DNA of 63,079 nucleotides, the filler included, from Octopus bimaculoides (taxonomy: Eukaryota), in the NCBI RefSeq assembly GCF_001194135.2. It is 7 parts of 6 records of this genome, joined end to end, with 100 filler letters (N's around TTAATTAATTAA, not from the genome) between each part and the next. Parts side by side here need not be neighbours in the genome. Positions count along the whole stretch, not along the records: positions 12,552 to 29,955 come from NC_068988.1; positions 30,056 to 32,850 come from NC_069006.1; positions 32,951 to 39,591 come from NC_068981.1; 4 more parts are not named here. One strand, 5' to 3'. Made by a program: the position numbers and the translations under genes. This document shows, one piece after another, positions 25,008 to 37,140 of the stretch. Positions within the stretch are counted from its first letter, which is position 1, and every line of letters begins with the position of its first letter. The notes beneath the pieces are model-generated. The model saw only the letters and a list, made by a program, of their open reading frames with translations, was not told the DNA's origin and ran no database searches.

Positions 25008-26419
25008 AAATAAGAAGGGATACAAGGTTTACAAAAGATGAAGGAAATGGTAACTGAATGATGTAAACTGTGTGATCGATCAGTAAAGAGTGGCGGAGAA
25101 GTTTAGGTAAAAGCAAGAAAGGAGTGATAGTAGATATACAAGAAAATAATGGCGGAATGTAATGAAGGAAAAAGAATGACGAAGAATTTTGAATGAAACA
25201 AGAAGGAATAACAAGTATGTAAATGGCTAAGAAGAAGATGACGAGATGAAATAAATGGTGTGTTTGAGGAATAAAGAATGATGAAGAATTTCGATTGAAA
25301 CAAAAGATGAAATGATAGCAGATATAAAAGACGTAGAAAAATAACCAGGAAGAGATAATGTAAACATTTGATAACTGAATAAAGAAAGATCTGGAGATGC
25401 GAAATAATACAAGAAGACTTGAGAATAGAATGACTGAGCCAATATTATCAAGAGAATTACAATAGAAGAGTTAATAACACAATAGGATTAGAGCGGATTA
25501 GAGTAGTTGATTTCGCAAATATTACATGAATGGGGGAGATAAAAACACGGGAGCTGGAAGAGTAGGGAAATGGCAGTCTTAAAAATAAAGGTGTTACAAG
25601 GCGAAAAGTGAAGCAATTTGATTGCTGAGTAAAATTGAAATAAAATCTGTAATAATAGATAGGGAAAAAATATTTTTAAAATATTTTTAAAAATATAGAA
25701 AGAAAGCTATTATGTAACTACAAGAAAAGAATGGAGGCACTAAAAATAAGATGAGAATGGAATAAATTATATTGCGGATTAAAATTCTTTTTACTTGTTT
25801 CTTTATTTTTCATTGTTGTTTTCGCTCGTGATTACAGACTAGAATATGTTTTTTTAAAGTCTAAGAATAAGGGGAGAGTGTGTAATAAGGTTAATAAAGG
25901 GGAAGGGATTAGGGGCCTATGAATCATGAACAGTGACTAATAAGATACAACTCTGAAAAAGGGGGAGTGACCTTAACGAATAAGGAGAGGTTTATTGAAA
26001 CAAAAATGTGTTAGAAAGACAGTACTGGGGTGGAGGAACAAGGATAAGGGTCCGTGGATAAATGAAACTCGTGAACGGAATCCTTATTTCATATGACAAC
26101 GATCCCCCGGATCAATTTTCTTCTCGCGTTTGCGTGACATTAAATAAATACAGAGTAAAGCCCATAGGGATAAGGCACTGATGTCTCCCTTCTTTGTTGG
26201 AATTGAGAGTTAGCCCTGAAAACTAATGAAATACAATCGTACAAAGAATGCCATCACCGCTGACACTAGCAATTTATAATTTAGCTTGAGGTACAGGCTA
26301 AAGTCGTTCATCTTGTCGTGGCCAAGATACGAAACATTAAACATTACACTTTCAGCTGCTTTCTTATCATCTGGTCAGTTCAGCCACAGCTTTCATTAAG
26401 CACAAAGAAAACGTGAGTT

Positions 26420-26770
26420 ATGTTGGTTTCAAAATTTGGCACAAGACCAGCAATTTCAAGGGATTACACCGACCTCAGTGCTTGACTGGTACTTATTTTA
26501 TCAACACCGAAAAGATGAAAGGCAATGTCGACCTCGGTGGAAGTTTGAATTCAGAACAGAAAAACGAACGAAATTCCGTTAAGAATTTTGCTCTGCGTGC
26601 TAACGATTCTGCCTGCTCGCTGTATTAAATGTCAGTTATATTGGTTTCAAATGTTGTTACAAGGTCAACAAGTTCGGAGGACGGTCGGGGGAGGGGTGTT
26701 GATTACATTTACCTCAGTGTTCAACTGGTACTTATTTTATCAACGCCGAAAGGATAAAAAGCCAACTTTC
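26420..26770 (-). mobile_element. SINE family A copies
   Basis: Reverse-complement family A consensus, one full and one partial copy. Confidence 0.75.
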
Positions 26771-26849
26771 TGTCTTAAAACCTGAGTTATACTAAAATCA
26801 GATATTAAAAGGTCAGCTTGGTAAAAATCAGCAGCGTTTACGACACCAG

Positions 26850-27050
26850 AAGGCCTTTTCCGACTTAAGGGACTGGTGGCTGAAAACTCTGCAAAGGGAA
26901 TGTTTAAGGGGAAATTATGATTAGGGAGGAGATCGGAAAATTATGTTCGACTGTTTGAAAAACGATCTCAAGGACAAGGATGTGACGTTAACCAGAATAA
27001 CGTGTTAAGATCTACTGCGTTATCCAGTTTATAAGGAACACACGGTGAGA
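26850..27050 (+). mobile_element. Old RTE-like LINE 3' remnant
   Basis: Translation RGDRKIMFDCLKNDLKDKDVTLTRITC*DLLRYPV resembles RTE C-termini (RGRPRKTWxxxVxxDL...DRDLWRYAV). Heavily decayed. Confidence 0.4.
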
Positions 27051-28191
27051 AGGTGTGATAAACGAGGATAGGTTTGTTGTCAACTGATTCTTTTTACAAG
27101 AGACGTAAATCGAGCAAACGAATAAAACCAGGGAACTGATAATAAAAATTAATTGAAAAGACAAGAAAGAATAATTAAGGAAGAAAACGCCAGATCAATT
27201 AACAAGCTGACTATGTGAGATTGTGAGTTAAGAAGGTTATTGGGGGAAAAAAAGCATAAATTAAATAGTTGATTGTGCGATGACATCAACGTAGTATTAG
27301 ACTATTTTACTCTTTTAATTGTTTCAGCCATTGAACTGCGGCCATGCTGGAGTTAACTTGTAGGGTTAACTGAACAAATTGATTTCCATACTTGATTTAA
27401 GTGTAGTGTCTGATTCTATCTCTCTTTACTCTCTTTTACTCTTTTGCTTGTTTCAGTCATTTGACTGCGGCCATGCTGGAACACCACCTTTTAGTCGAGC
27501 AAATCGACCCCATGACTTATTCTTTGGAAGCCTAGTACTTATTCTATCGGTCTCTTTTACCACGTGTTGTTTACTGAANNNNNNNNNNATATGCATATGC
27601 ATGGGTACGTACATAATATTAATTTTGTGTGTTAGTGCATGTGTGTCTATCTTTGTAGCGAAATATACTTTTTATATAAAACACTCTGATTCGGCACATA
27701 ACATTTGGTAAGCGAATAAAAGACCTGGCAACACACAAGGGTATGTTTTTAAAAATATCTAAATAGGCTCAAGAAGAAATTTTGTGTTTTAAAGGGTTAT
27801 TCTTGAATGTTTTAGAAAGCAAAAGAATTGCTAGCCATCAACGTAAATAATAAAGAATGAAGAATATCGAAAAACGGTGAATTGAGGTGGCTGGAATAAT
27901 AAAATCAAGGAAAGGGTTAAGTAAAAATGGGAGGCGAAAAGAAGAATAAAAATGGTAAGAAGAGAGATCTTAGGGCAATTGAATCTCTTAAAAACAGGAT
28001 GGAATGAAATACAGAAAAAAAAATAAAACCACTGCTACAATTAAGATTGTGAGAGGCTGAACGAAAATGGAAGCAAAGAATGGCAAATGCGAAAGTACTG
28101 GGAATAAAAGAATTAATGATAGCGCGAACAATGGAAGAGTGAGAGGGAAAAACGTGGAAAACAAAAATAGAGTCTGATGTAGTTTATTTAA

Positions 28192-28250
<59 letters not shown>

Positions 28251-28383
28251 GAGTGTTAGAGAGAGGGAAAGAGAGAGGGGGTGTCAAGTGTGAGAATAAT
28301 AGAAAGAAAGAAGTAGAATAAGAGAACGAAGAAGGTCGATGCCAACATGAATATATGTGTGTACGCCAATGTATGTATATGTG

Positions 28384-28428
<45 letters not shown>

Positions 28429-28433
28429 ATATA

Positions 28434-28499
<66 letters not shown>

Positions 28500-28583
28500 C
28501 ATACATATAGATAGATAGATAGATAGATATAATGGTAGGGTGATTTTTGGCAAGAGAAAATGGTGGTTGAAGGAGTTGAACTG

Positions 28584-28634
<51 letters not shown>

Positions 28635-28635
<1 letters not shown>

Positions 28636-29020
28636 AGGCCAAAGCACAAAGGCTCAGACGCATGACCAAAAAAGAAACTTCTATAGACATAACAAGACCT
28701 TCAAAGAAAGTGCGAAAAAGTTCTACTGAGAAATGGAAGGAAAGAAAATATATGTAAGCCAACGACCGACCATTGGAGAACTGAAAAAACTTTTCGAGTA
28801 ACGTCTGAAAGAAGAGCAAAATCTATAAAAGTGAAGGCAAAATGGATCCAGGAAGAAGAGGAAGAGCTTAATATGAGCGGTGAATCCCAAGTTCGGACTG
28901 ATATAACATTTGAAGAAATTACGTATGTTATCAATAAAACAAATAAATGGAAAACGGTGGGATGCGATGGAATTGCCAAATTTTCGATTAAAAATCTTGT
29001 TATTACTCATATAGACTTAG
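28635..29020 (+). mobile_element. R4/Dong-clade non-LTR retrotransposon fragment (region N-terminal to RT)
   Basis: With frameshifts it reads QAKAQRLRRMTK...YRHNKTFKESAKKFY...AKWIQEEEEE...TDITFEEITYVINKTNKWKTVGCDGIAKFSIKNL, matching the R4/Dong motifs (QRLRRY..N..F..N.KKFY; WKSPGxDGIxNFWxK). Confidence 0.75.
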
Positions 29021-29022
29021 TA

Positions 29023-29945
29023 TTCTTTTCTACTCTAGGCACAAGGCCCGATATTTTTGGGGAGGGAGCTAGTCGATGAGATCGACCCCAATACGCAACT
29101 GGTACTTAATTTATCGACCTCGAAAGAATGAAAGGTAAACTCGACCTCGGTGGAATTCGAACTCAGAAGGCAAAGACAGACGAAATACTGCTAAGCATTT
29201 CGCCCGGCGTGCTAACGATTCTTATTTCTTTATTGCCCACAGGGGGCTAAATATAGAGGGGACAAACAAGGACAGACAAATGGATTAAGTCCGGAAATTT
29301 TTAATAAAGAAAATGCACCACCTAAAAGCAGATATTGACAGATTGTATCTTCCAAGAGGAGATGGTGACCGAGGCATTGCTCAGCCAGAATTAATATGCA
29401 GAACAACTGCTGTAGAGCCGGATAAGAACATCGAAAGAACAGAAGTCTTTCAATGTCCTGCAAATAATCAAAGATCATGATGGAGGGGAAAACATCTAGT
29501 CCATAATAATAATAATAACGATCCCTTCTACTATAAACACAAGGCCTGAAATTTTTGGGGAGAGAGCCAGTCGATTAGATCAACTCCAGTACGCAACTGG
29601 TACTTAATTTATCGAGCCCTCCGCCCTCCACCCACAAAAGATAAAAGGCAAATTCGACCACGGTGGAATTTGAACTCAGAACGTAAAGAGGATCAAAATA
29701 TCGTTAAGCATTTCGCCCGGCGTGCTAACGTTTCTGCCAGCTCGCTGCGTTTAATAATAATGATAATAATCCTTTCTCTTATAGGCACAAATTTTGGGAG
29801 AGAGATTCAGTCGATTGATTCGACCCTAGTACTCAGCTGGTACTTGTTGAATCGACCCTGAAAGGATGAAATGCAAAGTCAACCTCGGCGGTATTTGAAC
29901 TCAGAAAGTATACAGCCGGAAGAAATGCCGCTGCACTTGGGACTA
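29023..29945 (-). mobile_element. SINE family A cluster interleaved with the R4/Dong fossil
   Basis: Copies at ~29023-29290, 29515-29750 and 29770-29940. Confidence 0.85.
29320..29490 (+). mobile_element. R4/Dong-clade fragment (post-RT region)
   Basis: KMHHLKADIDRLYLPRGDGDRGIAQPE matches the R4/Dong HPKADVDRLYLPRxxGGRGL motif. Separated from the 28635 piece by SINE insertions and an internal deletion. Confidence 0.75.
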
Positions 29946-30056
29946 ACTGCGTAGGNNNNNNNNNNNNNNNNNNNNNNNNNNNNNNNNNNNNNNNNNNNNT
30001 TAATTAATTAANNNNNNNNNNNNNNNNNNNNNNNNNNNNNNNNNNNNNNNNNNNNA

Positions 30057-30615
30057 ATATACATATATATATAACTTAGATAGGTTTCAACCAGTATAGT
30101 CCCAGATCATGTCTAACTTAATAGCACCACCTGGTGAAATCTTTCAGATCGTGAGTCACACCTCAGTCATATATGGGACGCCATGGCCCACCCTAGCAAA
30201 GAGTTTTTATTTTTGGAGACATATCCGGGTGTAGGAGGTGGTCCGGGATTTTTGGAGGAATTTGTCCAGTGATCTTTTGAATTTTATATGATCTGTTTCG
30301 GTTTTGATGTATTTTGGTATGGTATTAAAGAGAGCTGGACCGGTTGAGGTAAAGTAGTTGTGTCGTAATGTTGTTAGGTGTCTTGAGTTCGATTTTTGTA
30401 GTGGGCGGATAGCACAGGGCCCAAGTCTTGGGTGGATTTCAAAATCGATCCCAACATCATTTGTACAATATTGATGGAATATTTTCCGCAACACACAAAT
30501 GATGTAGCGCTCCCGGTGGTGTTGGAGAGAGTAGAGATTGAGTTTTCTTTTTTTTAGTGAACCTCATAAGTCAATGCCTGTCATGTCGTTTATCTTTCTT
30601 GTTATTGACCTCTAG
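30057..30615 (-). mobile_element. CR1/L2-group LINE 3' fragment
   Basis: Minus strand reads ...ITRKINDMTG...KLNLYSLQHHRERYIICVLRKIF...PALFNTIPKYIK...KFKRSLDKFLQK.PD..PTPGYVSKNKNSLLGW, the typical CR1-group C-terminus (LYSLQRRRERY; FKxxLDKFL..IPDQP). Confidence 0.75.
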
Positions 30616-30619
30616 GATA

Positions 30620-30945
30620 CTATGACGGGCTTCTTCCAATTTCCCTCTACCAAATCCATTCGCAAAACTTTGGTCAGCCTGAAGCTATAGTAGAAAACAC
30701 TTGCTCAAGGTGGTACGCATTGGGATTGAACCAAAAGCAAACTTCCCCTCACAAACACAAATATATATAGCATGGATGAGTGGAATAGGCGTAGAAGTTG
30801 TTGCGTGGTAAGAAGTTTGCTTTGCAACTGCTGCATGGTTCCGGGTTCAGTCTCGCCGCATGGCACATTGGGTAAGTATCTTCTACTATAGCCTTTGGTT
30901 GACCAAAGTCTTGTGAATCGATTTACTAGACGGAAACTGAAAGAA
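30620..30945. mobile_element. Head-to-head pair of SINE family B 5' halves
   Basis: 30620-30740 (-) and 30790-30945 (+). Confidence 0.75.
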
Positions 30946-31199
30946 ACTAGGACAATTCGTCCCAGGTCAATTCGTAGCTGGCCAATATTCGTTCCAAAAT
31001 ATTCTTATATGTGGTTTTCGAGGGAAAGTTTAGAACAATCAATTTAGAATTAGAATTGTCGTTGAACAGCTTTAGATATTTCTTATTTTCTTTACCTCCC
31101 CCAGCACCCCAACCTCTCTGTCTCTTAAGTATCTGCGCTGAACAGTTTACGAACAAAGATTTTCAAGTAAATCGAATTAAATTTATTCATCAACCTAAC

Positions 31200-32790
31200 T
31201 TCACAGAAAGGAAAAATCAAAGTGGTCGATCAAAAAAATTATATATACACAAAAAATAAGCAGAATGTAGATATACTGGAAGTGCGAAAATCGTGTGTAC
31301 AAGGCGAGACTTTAAACAGATGAAAATTATAAACAGCTTAAGAATATTGGGATCCATAATCACGCTTCAACTGCTGCAGAGGTAAATGCAAGGATAATAG
31401 TTTCAAATTTTAAAGTAAAGTCTATTTTTCCTCTTGTGATGCTCCTCGCTCAATTATCGCTGGTGAAGTTCAGCATTTAAACCACTGTACATTGTTGCAA
31501 ATGTCTCCGTTTGCACAGCTTAATGGGAACGTTAGACGTTGGAGGCAAGCTGATTCCAACTATCCTGCCACCCTACTTACAAATGTTGGGTTTTCTATTC
31601 CAAATGAATACTCCTACCTCGACAATGATGAAATGGTTTTACAGTATGACAGCTGGATGGAAGATTCAAAATCAATACTAATATTTGCAAGTGGTGAAGC
31701 ACTTTGACAGTTAAAACAGCACAAGAACTGGGCGGCAGATGGAACAGCACATACTAAGTGCTGCTCTAGTATATTTTTTCAGTTATATATACTTCATATT
31801 CAAATTGATAATTCTAATGCCTCACGATCGTTCGCATTGCTCTCTTACACACGTCAAAACATGGAGTAGATTTTAGCCAAAATAAATTAATTACTGCAGA
31901 CCTGATAATATGATTATGGGTTTCGAAAAAGCAGCCCATAACGGATTTCTGGAATCGTTTCCTGGATCGAATTTGGCATGCTGCTTGTTTCATTTAGGAC
32001 AAAATGTATACAAGTATGTTGGGCAAGAAGGACTAAAATACAGATAGCACGAAGATGACGGTTTTAGTCTAAAACTGCGGTGTTGTGTTGCTCTTGCCTT
32101 CCTGCCGGTTGATGATGTAAATGGATATGAACAACTTGAAGATAACGATGATAGTCCACAGTCAGTTGTATCCTATTTTGAAAATAATTATGTAGGACCA
32201 CCTAGAGGAGGAGGACAGAGGAGGCGATGCCTTGAACTTCCATTTCCATTATCTATATGGAATGTTTGGGATCGATGTATGACAGGGATTGTATGACAGA
32301 CATGTGTATGACAGACATGTGTACCCTTAACGTAGTTCTCAATGTGACACAGAATGTAACAAGTAGGCCCCTTTGAATTACAGGTACTACTCGTTTTTGC
32401 CAGCTGATGCAATAAAGTGTCTTGCTCAAGGACACAACGCGTCGCCGGGAATTGAACTCATGACCTTGCGATCCTAAGCTGGATACCGTAAGCACTAAAC
32501 CTTGCTTAGTGGTGTGGGGTTTGTTAGGACGGCGCTCCTACGACTTCACTGATACTTGAGGGTCATTGAGAAACACAAAGAATATTAGTCATCCAAATAT
32601 TTGGAAACTTATTTATGTGATTAAATGCGAGGAAAGGTTTGACAGTATCAAACTGCAGAAGTTTATGCAAGGAGAAGAACCAAGCCAAAAGAAAAAATAC
32701 AGAGATATGAACCTGCATAGAAAGAAATGTCATGGAAAAATATGATCCAAGCCAAAATATTTTTCTAAAAGCAATTGCACAGAATCTTAA
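31200..32790 (+). mobile_element. Fossil Mutator-like (MULE) transposase with N-terminal FLYWCH zinc finger
   Basis: FLYWCH: KNYIYTKNK..YWKCENRVYKARL..HNH (31200-31365). Transposase: ILIFASGEAL..WAADGT (31729-31746), FFQLYILHI, MGFEKAAHNGF..FPGSNLACCLFHLGQNVYK, ALAFLPVDDV, YFENNYVG, WNVW, HPNIWKLI..FLKAIAQNL. Multiple stops and frameshifts; SINE inserted at ~32290-32516. Confidence 0.9.
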
Positions 32791-32950
32791 ATTTGAAGGG
32801 AAAATAAATATATAATACAACAAAGCTTAAAATAAACGTTTTTTAATTCANNNNNNNNNNNNNNNNNNNNNNNNNNNNNNNNNNNNNNNNNNNNTTAATT
32901 AATTAANNNNNNNNNNNNNNNNNNNNNNNNNNNNNNNNNNNNNNNNNNNN

Positions 32951-33266
32951 GGGCGTTGTGAGTATTTATTGAGCGAAAACACCTAAAGATCCACGAGGCT
33001 CCGGCAGGGGATGGTGACGAACCCTGCTGTACTCTTCCACCACAACTTTCTCTCACTCTTACTTCCTATTTCTGTTGTGCTTGTAATTCAAAGGGTCAGC
33101 CTTGTCAAACTGTGTCACGCTGAATATCCCCGAGAACTACGTCAAGGGTACACGTGTCTGTGGAGTGCTCAGCCACTTGCACGTTAATTTCACGAGCAGG
33201 CTGTTCCGTTGATCGGATCAACTGGAACCCTCGACGTCGTAAGCGACGGAGTGCCAACAACAACAA
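32951..33266 (+). mobile_element. SINE family C (head lost in a gap)
   Basis: Near-identical to 62727-63073 from gggcgttgtgag onward. Confidence 0.9.
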
Positions 33267-34453
33267 TATTCTGGAAGAAATATAGTTTGGCATCCACGTA
33301 GAGACGCCTATGCTAAGGACGTTAGGTCCTTCTGAATGAAGTTGCTTATGAATACCAATTGAAGTCATTTTAGTTCTTTCGTCCTTACTATACATCTATC
33401 ATTACTATATATCTGTAACCTTAAGCTTATTTATTGCATATATATATATATGCAAACAATAATAGACACGCACAGACATATACACAACACGTTATCATCT
33501 GTAGCCTTTCAGAATATTTGTAGGTAAGACAGCCCACAATTCTTAACAAACATACCTAAGACAGTACTCATCTAGAACAGAACTGTCTCGGAAATCTCTC
33601 CTACTCGCAAAAAAACCCTTCTCGAATACATCCCCAGGCCCAAACACCCAAGCACAAATCTTCTGAAACAAAACCATTCTATGACAAAAATTCTTTGGAC
33701 GAAACTTACTCGGACAATATCTCCACATTGAAAATGTTATGGCGAACAACAAAATCTACTATGATTAACAAAGTATAGAAAATAAATACTTAATAATAAA
33801 AATTTTCAAACAGAAAAATCAGTAATTAGATAATTAATTTCTTAATTATTAAATTTAAATAGCTTTAACTGAAAATTCTGAGAGACATATTACTTTCATT
33901 ATAGAAATTGAAAGATTACTACACTAATGCTTTCGTTAAAGCAAATACATTACTTTCATTTGACACGAAAATTTATTTGAAGAAAAGAAAAGAAATCTTT
34001 GGAAAATAATTTTGTCGCTAAAAGGAAAAAAATAAAGCATTGTGGTTTTGTTTTACTTTGCACTTTAATTCAAAATCTTTGGGTATTTTGTCAAATTCTT
34101 TCCTACCAAAGGACTCTTATTTTCGGACCGCTAGGCACGCATATGTGTGTGTACATGCATATACGTATGAATATTCGTAATTACACATATGCGTGTATGA
34201 TTCTGTAAACACCTTTGTGTTTGAAGAATCCATATTTGCGATCCCAAATTATATTGAAAGAAAACTGTTCTGTTAATATAATGTATTGGTATATTTATTT
34301 TTTTATATATTTTTTATATTTTTGTAAAAAAACATTATTTTCATATCCCCTCTTCTTGAAAATTTGCCATGCAATGAAAGCCGGTTAGAAATCCATTTTA
34401 ATCCTCCTTATGCACATCTATATTAAAATATGCTTTCAGCTTAGCATTCTGCC

Positions 34454-34487
<34 letters not shown>

Positions 34488-34589
34488 CTTTTATTTTCCT
34501 ATTATTTCTCCACGTGCGGTTAACACAACGCCACCATTTACTGACATATATATATATATATATATATAATATTTATCTGTATATGTCTC

Positions 34590-34945
34590 GGTTTGTCTCC
34601 CGCCATCGCTCGACAACCGATGTTGGTGTGTTTATACGAAGGGTTTCCTTCAGTTTCGTCTACCAAATTCCCCCACAAGGCTTTGGTTGGCCCGAATTTA
34701 TAGTAAAAGACACTTGCCTAATGTGTCATACAGTGGGACTGAATCCGGAAAAAAAGTAGCTGAGAAGCAAGCTTCTTACCACATAGCCACACCTGGCTTC
34801 TTTCAGTTTCCGTCTGCCAAATGCACACAATGCTTTGTATGGCCTGAGAATATGATAAAAGACACTTGCCTAAGGTGCTACTCAGTGAAAATGAACCTAG
34901 AACTATGTGATAGTGGAGCGAACTTTTTACTACACAGCCACACCT
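34590..34945 (-). mobile_element. Two SINE family B 5' halves
   Basis: tttcagtttc..ctaccaaat...gacacttgcc...gggactgaa...accacacagccac occurs twice. Confidence 0.75.
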
Positions 34946-35209
34946 TCGACTATGATTTCTATGTATTAGTTACGATAGTCCCTGATCTCTAAATTAAGTG
35001 CTGTCTACGCTGGTACAATTGTGTTTCGTAAAATTTAGAAATTTGGATAAGTCTGTATGACATGGGGATTCGATAATATCGACAATTTATGCAGTTCCCT
35101 TCGTTAGTGTAAATATCATCATTGGTATATGATTCCTAGTTATTTCAATGTCTGTGTGTCAAACTATTTCTCTGCTGCCTCTCTCTCTCTCTCTCTCTGN
35201 NNNNNNNNN

Positions 35210-35257
<48 letters not shown>

Positions 35258-35943
35258 CCTCCACTATCTCTCTCTTTCTCTTTCCTTCTTTCCTCCCTCT
35301 CTCTTTCTTTCTCGTGGTCCGTTAGACTACCCCACAAAGACATCTATATATTTATCGTTCTTACTGTTGCTGCTGCTGTTGTTATTGTTGTTGTTGTTGG
35401 TGGTGGTGGTATTTAGCCCTAGATTCACCGTTATTCTTATCGTAGACAACTCGAACCGACAGCAGCGACAATTTATCATCTCAAAGATAAGGTAATCCAG
35501 TCATAACTATACAAAGATTATCTTTCTATATAAGGGAAAATATTGCCCAGCATATACCTTTTATAAAGATGGAAACATGTGATTTGAGGGAGATTTCGCT
35601 GCTATTTCAAATAGGTCGAGCCCCTCATAGATGTTTCGTTATTGGCCCGCACAACCAATGTTGACCTTACACGAGCAAATCTGTAAATAGGATACATTAG
35701 GTACATGGGGTACATTTGAATGAATACGTCTAACTTCCGGTACGATTGACTTAGTCATATAACAACAATATATAACGAGTTGTATAGAATTACTTACCAA
35801 GCTGCTAGTTAAGAGTTTTAGATTACATTCTATTTTACACCTACTCACTTGACTTCTTTCCTGCAAACCAGCGTAGAGGCTTTTCCTGTGGTTACTCTGT
35901 CTGCTGGATGAACCTGTGCAATTAAATTCCTGTATACCAGAAC

Positions 35944-35974
<31 letters not shown>

Positions 35975-36274
35975 NNNNNNNNNNNNNNNNNNNNNNNNNN
36001 NNNNNNNNNNNNNNNNNNNNNNNNNNNNNNNNNNNNNNNNNNNNNNNNNNNNNNNNNNNNNNNNNNNNNNNNNNNNNNNNNNNNNNNNNNNNNNNNNNNN
36101 NNNNNNNNNNNNNNNNNNNNNNNNNNNNNNNNNNNNNNNNNNNNNNNNNNNNNNNNNNNNNNNNNNNNNNNNNNNNNNNNNNNNNNNNNNNNNNNNNNNN
36201 NNNNNNNNNNNNNNNNNNNNNNNNNNNNNNNNNNNNNNNNNNNNNNNNNNNNNNNNNNNNNNNNNNTATATATA

Positions 36275-36595
36275 TAGTAGCACTCCGTCGCTTACGACGA
36301 CGAGTGTCCCAGCTGATCCGATCAACGGAACAGCTTGCTTGTGAAATTAACGTGCAAGTGACTGAGCAATCCACAGACACATGTACCCCTAACGTAGTTC
36401 TCAGGGAGATTCAGCGTGACACAGAGCGTAACAAGGCCGGCCCTTTGAAATACAGGTAGTACTCGTTTTTGCCAGCTGAGTGGGCTAGAGCAACACATGA
36501 AATAAAGTGTCTTGCTCAAGGACACAACGCGTTGCCGAGAATTGAACTCACGACCTTACGATCGTGAGTCGAATGCCCTAACCACTAAGTCACTT
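36275..36595 (-). mobile_element. tRNA-derived SINE family D (shares its 3' half with family C)
   Basis: Head cttagtggttagggcattcgactcacgatcg...gagttcaattc; tail identical in type to family C. Further copies at 2125-2412 (+), 32290-32516 (-) and 61392-61690 (-). Confidence 0.9.
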
Positions 36596-36606
36596 ATATA
36601 TATATA

Positions 36607-36869
36607 CAAAATTAAGAGGAATGACCACCAAGGTGGACTCCTAATATGCTAAATATAGACGTCAAATCGCCTTACTACAAAGAATGTGTTCTCAAGATTA
36701 CGTAGGTAATCGTTTTTATTTCGTATATTTTCATTTGTCTTGCTCATTTTTACATTCTGGCGTTTGCTGAAATTTTTTTCTTGACAACACACTCTTCGTG
36801 GTAAGGCTATTTGACATTTATATTTAGCTTATTAGGAGTCCACTTTGGTGGTCATTCCTCTTAATTTTG
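36607..36869. mobile_element. MITE with long (~90 bp) imperfect TIRs and TA target duplication
   Basis: The left end caaaattaagaggaatgaccaccaaggtggactcctaata...tctcaag is mirrored by cttgacaa...tattaggagtccactttggtggtcattcctcttaattttg. Flanked by TA. Confidence 0.85.
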
Positions 36870-37050
36870 TATGTAATATAATTTTTAATCTTCGAAGTTT
36901 TTCTAAATATGCTAAGCCACTGGTTTTAATTGATTAATATCAATTTCTACCTTTATTATTTAATTTTTAAATATAAATGTTCTCTAACCTTCTCCAACTA
37001 CAGTTCTCATATTCGGTTAAAATGTCTTACGTTTAAGCTGGTTCCCATGC

Positions 37051-37140
37051 ATTTCCCTGAAGAGAAGATTACATTCTTCTCAACATCACCTATTCCTATG
37101 GAAGGTATAATTTGTAATCTTCGAAACATATGTTGGAAAT
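37051..37140 (+). ncRNA. Type I hammerhead ribozyme, canonical core, extended stem II
   Basis: Stem I atttcc/ggaaat. CUGAAGA at 37057-37063. Stem II gaagattaca/tgtaatcttc (10 bp perfect, G10.1-C11.1 intact). GAAAC at 37123-37127, palindromic stem III ACAUAUGU, GUU cleavage triplet (cut after 37134). Confidence 0.85.
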
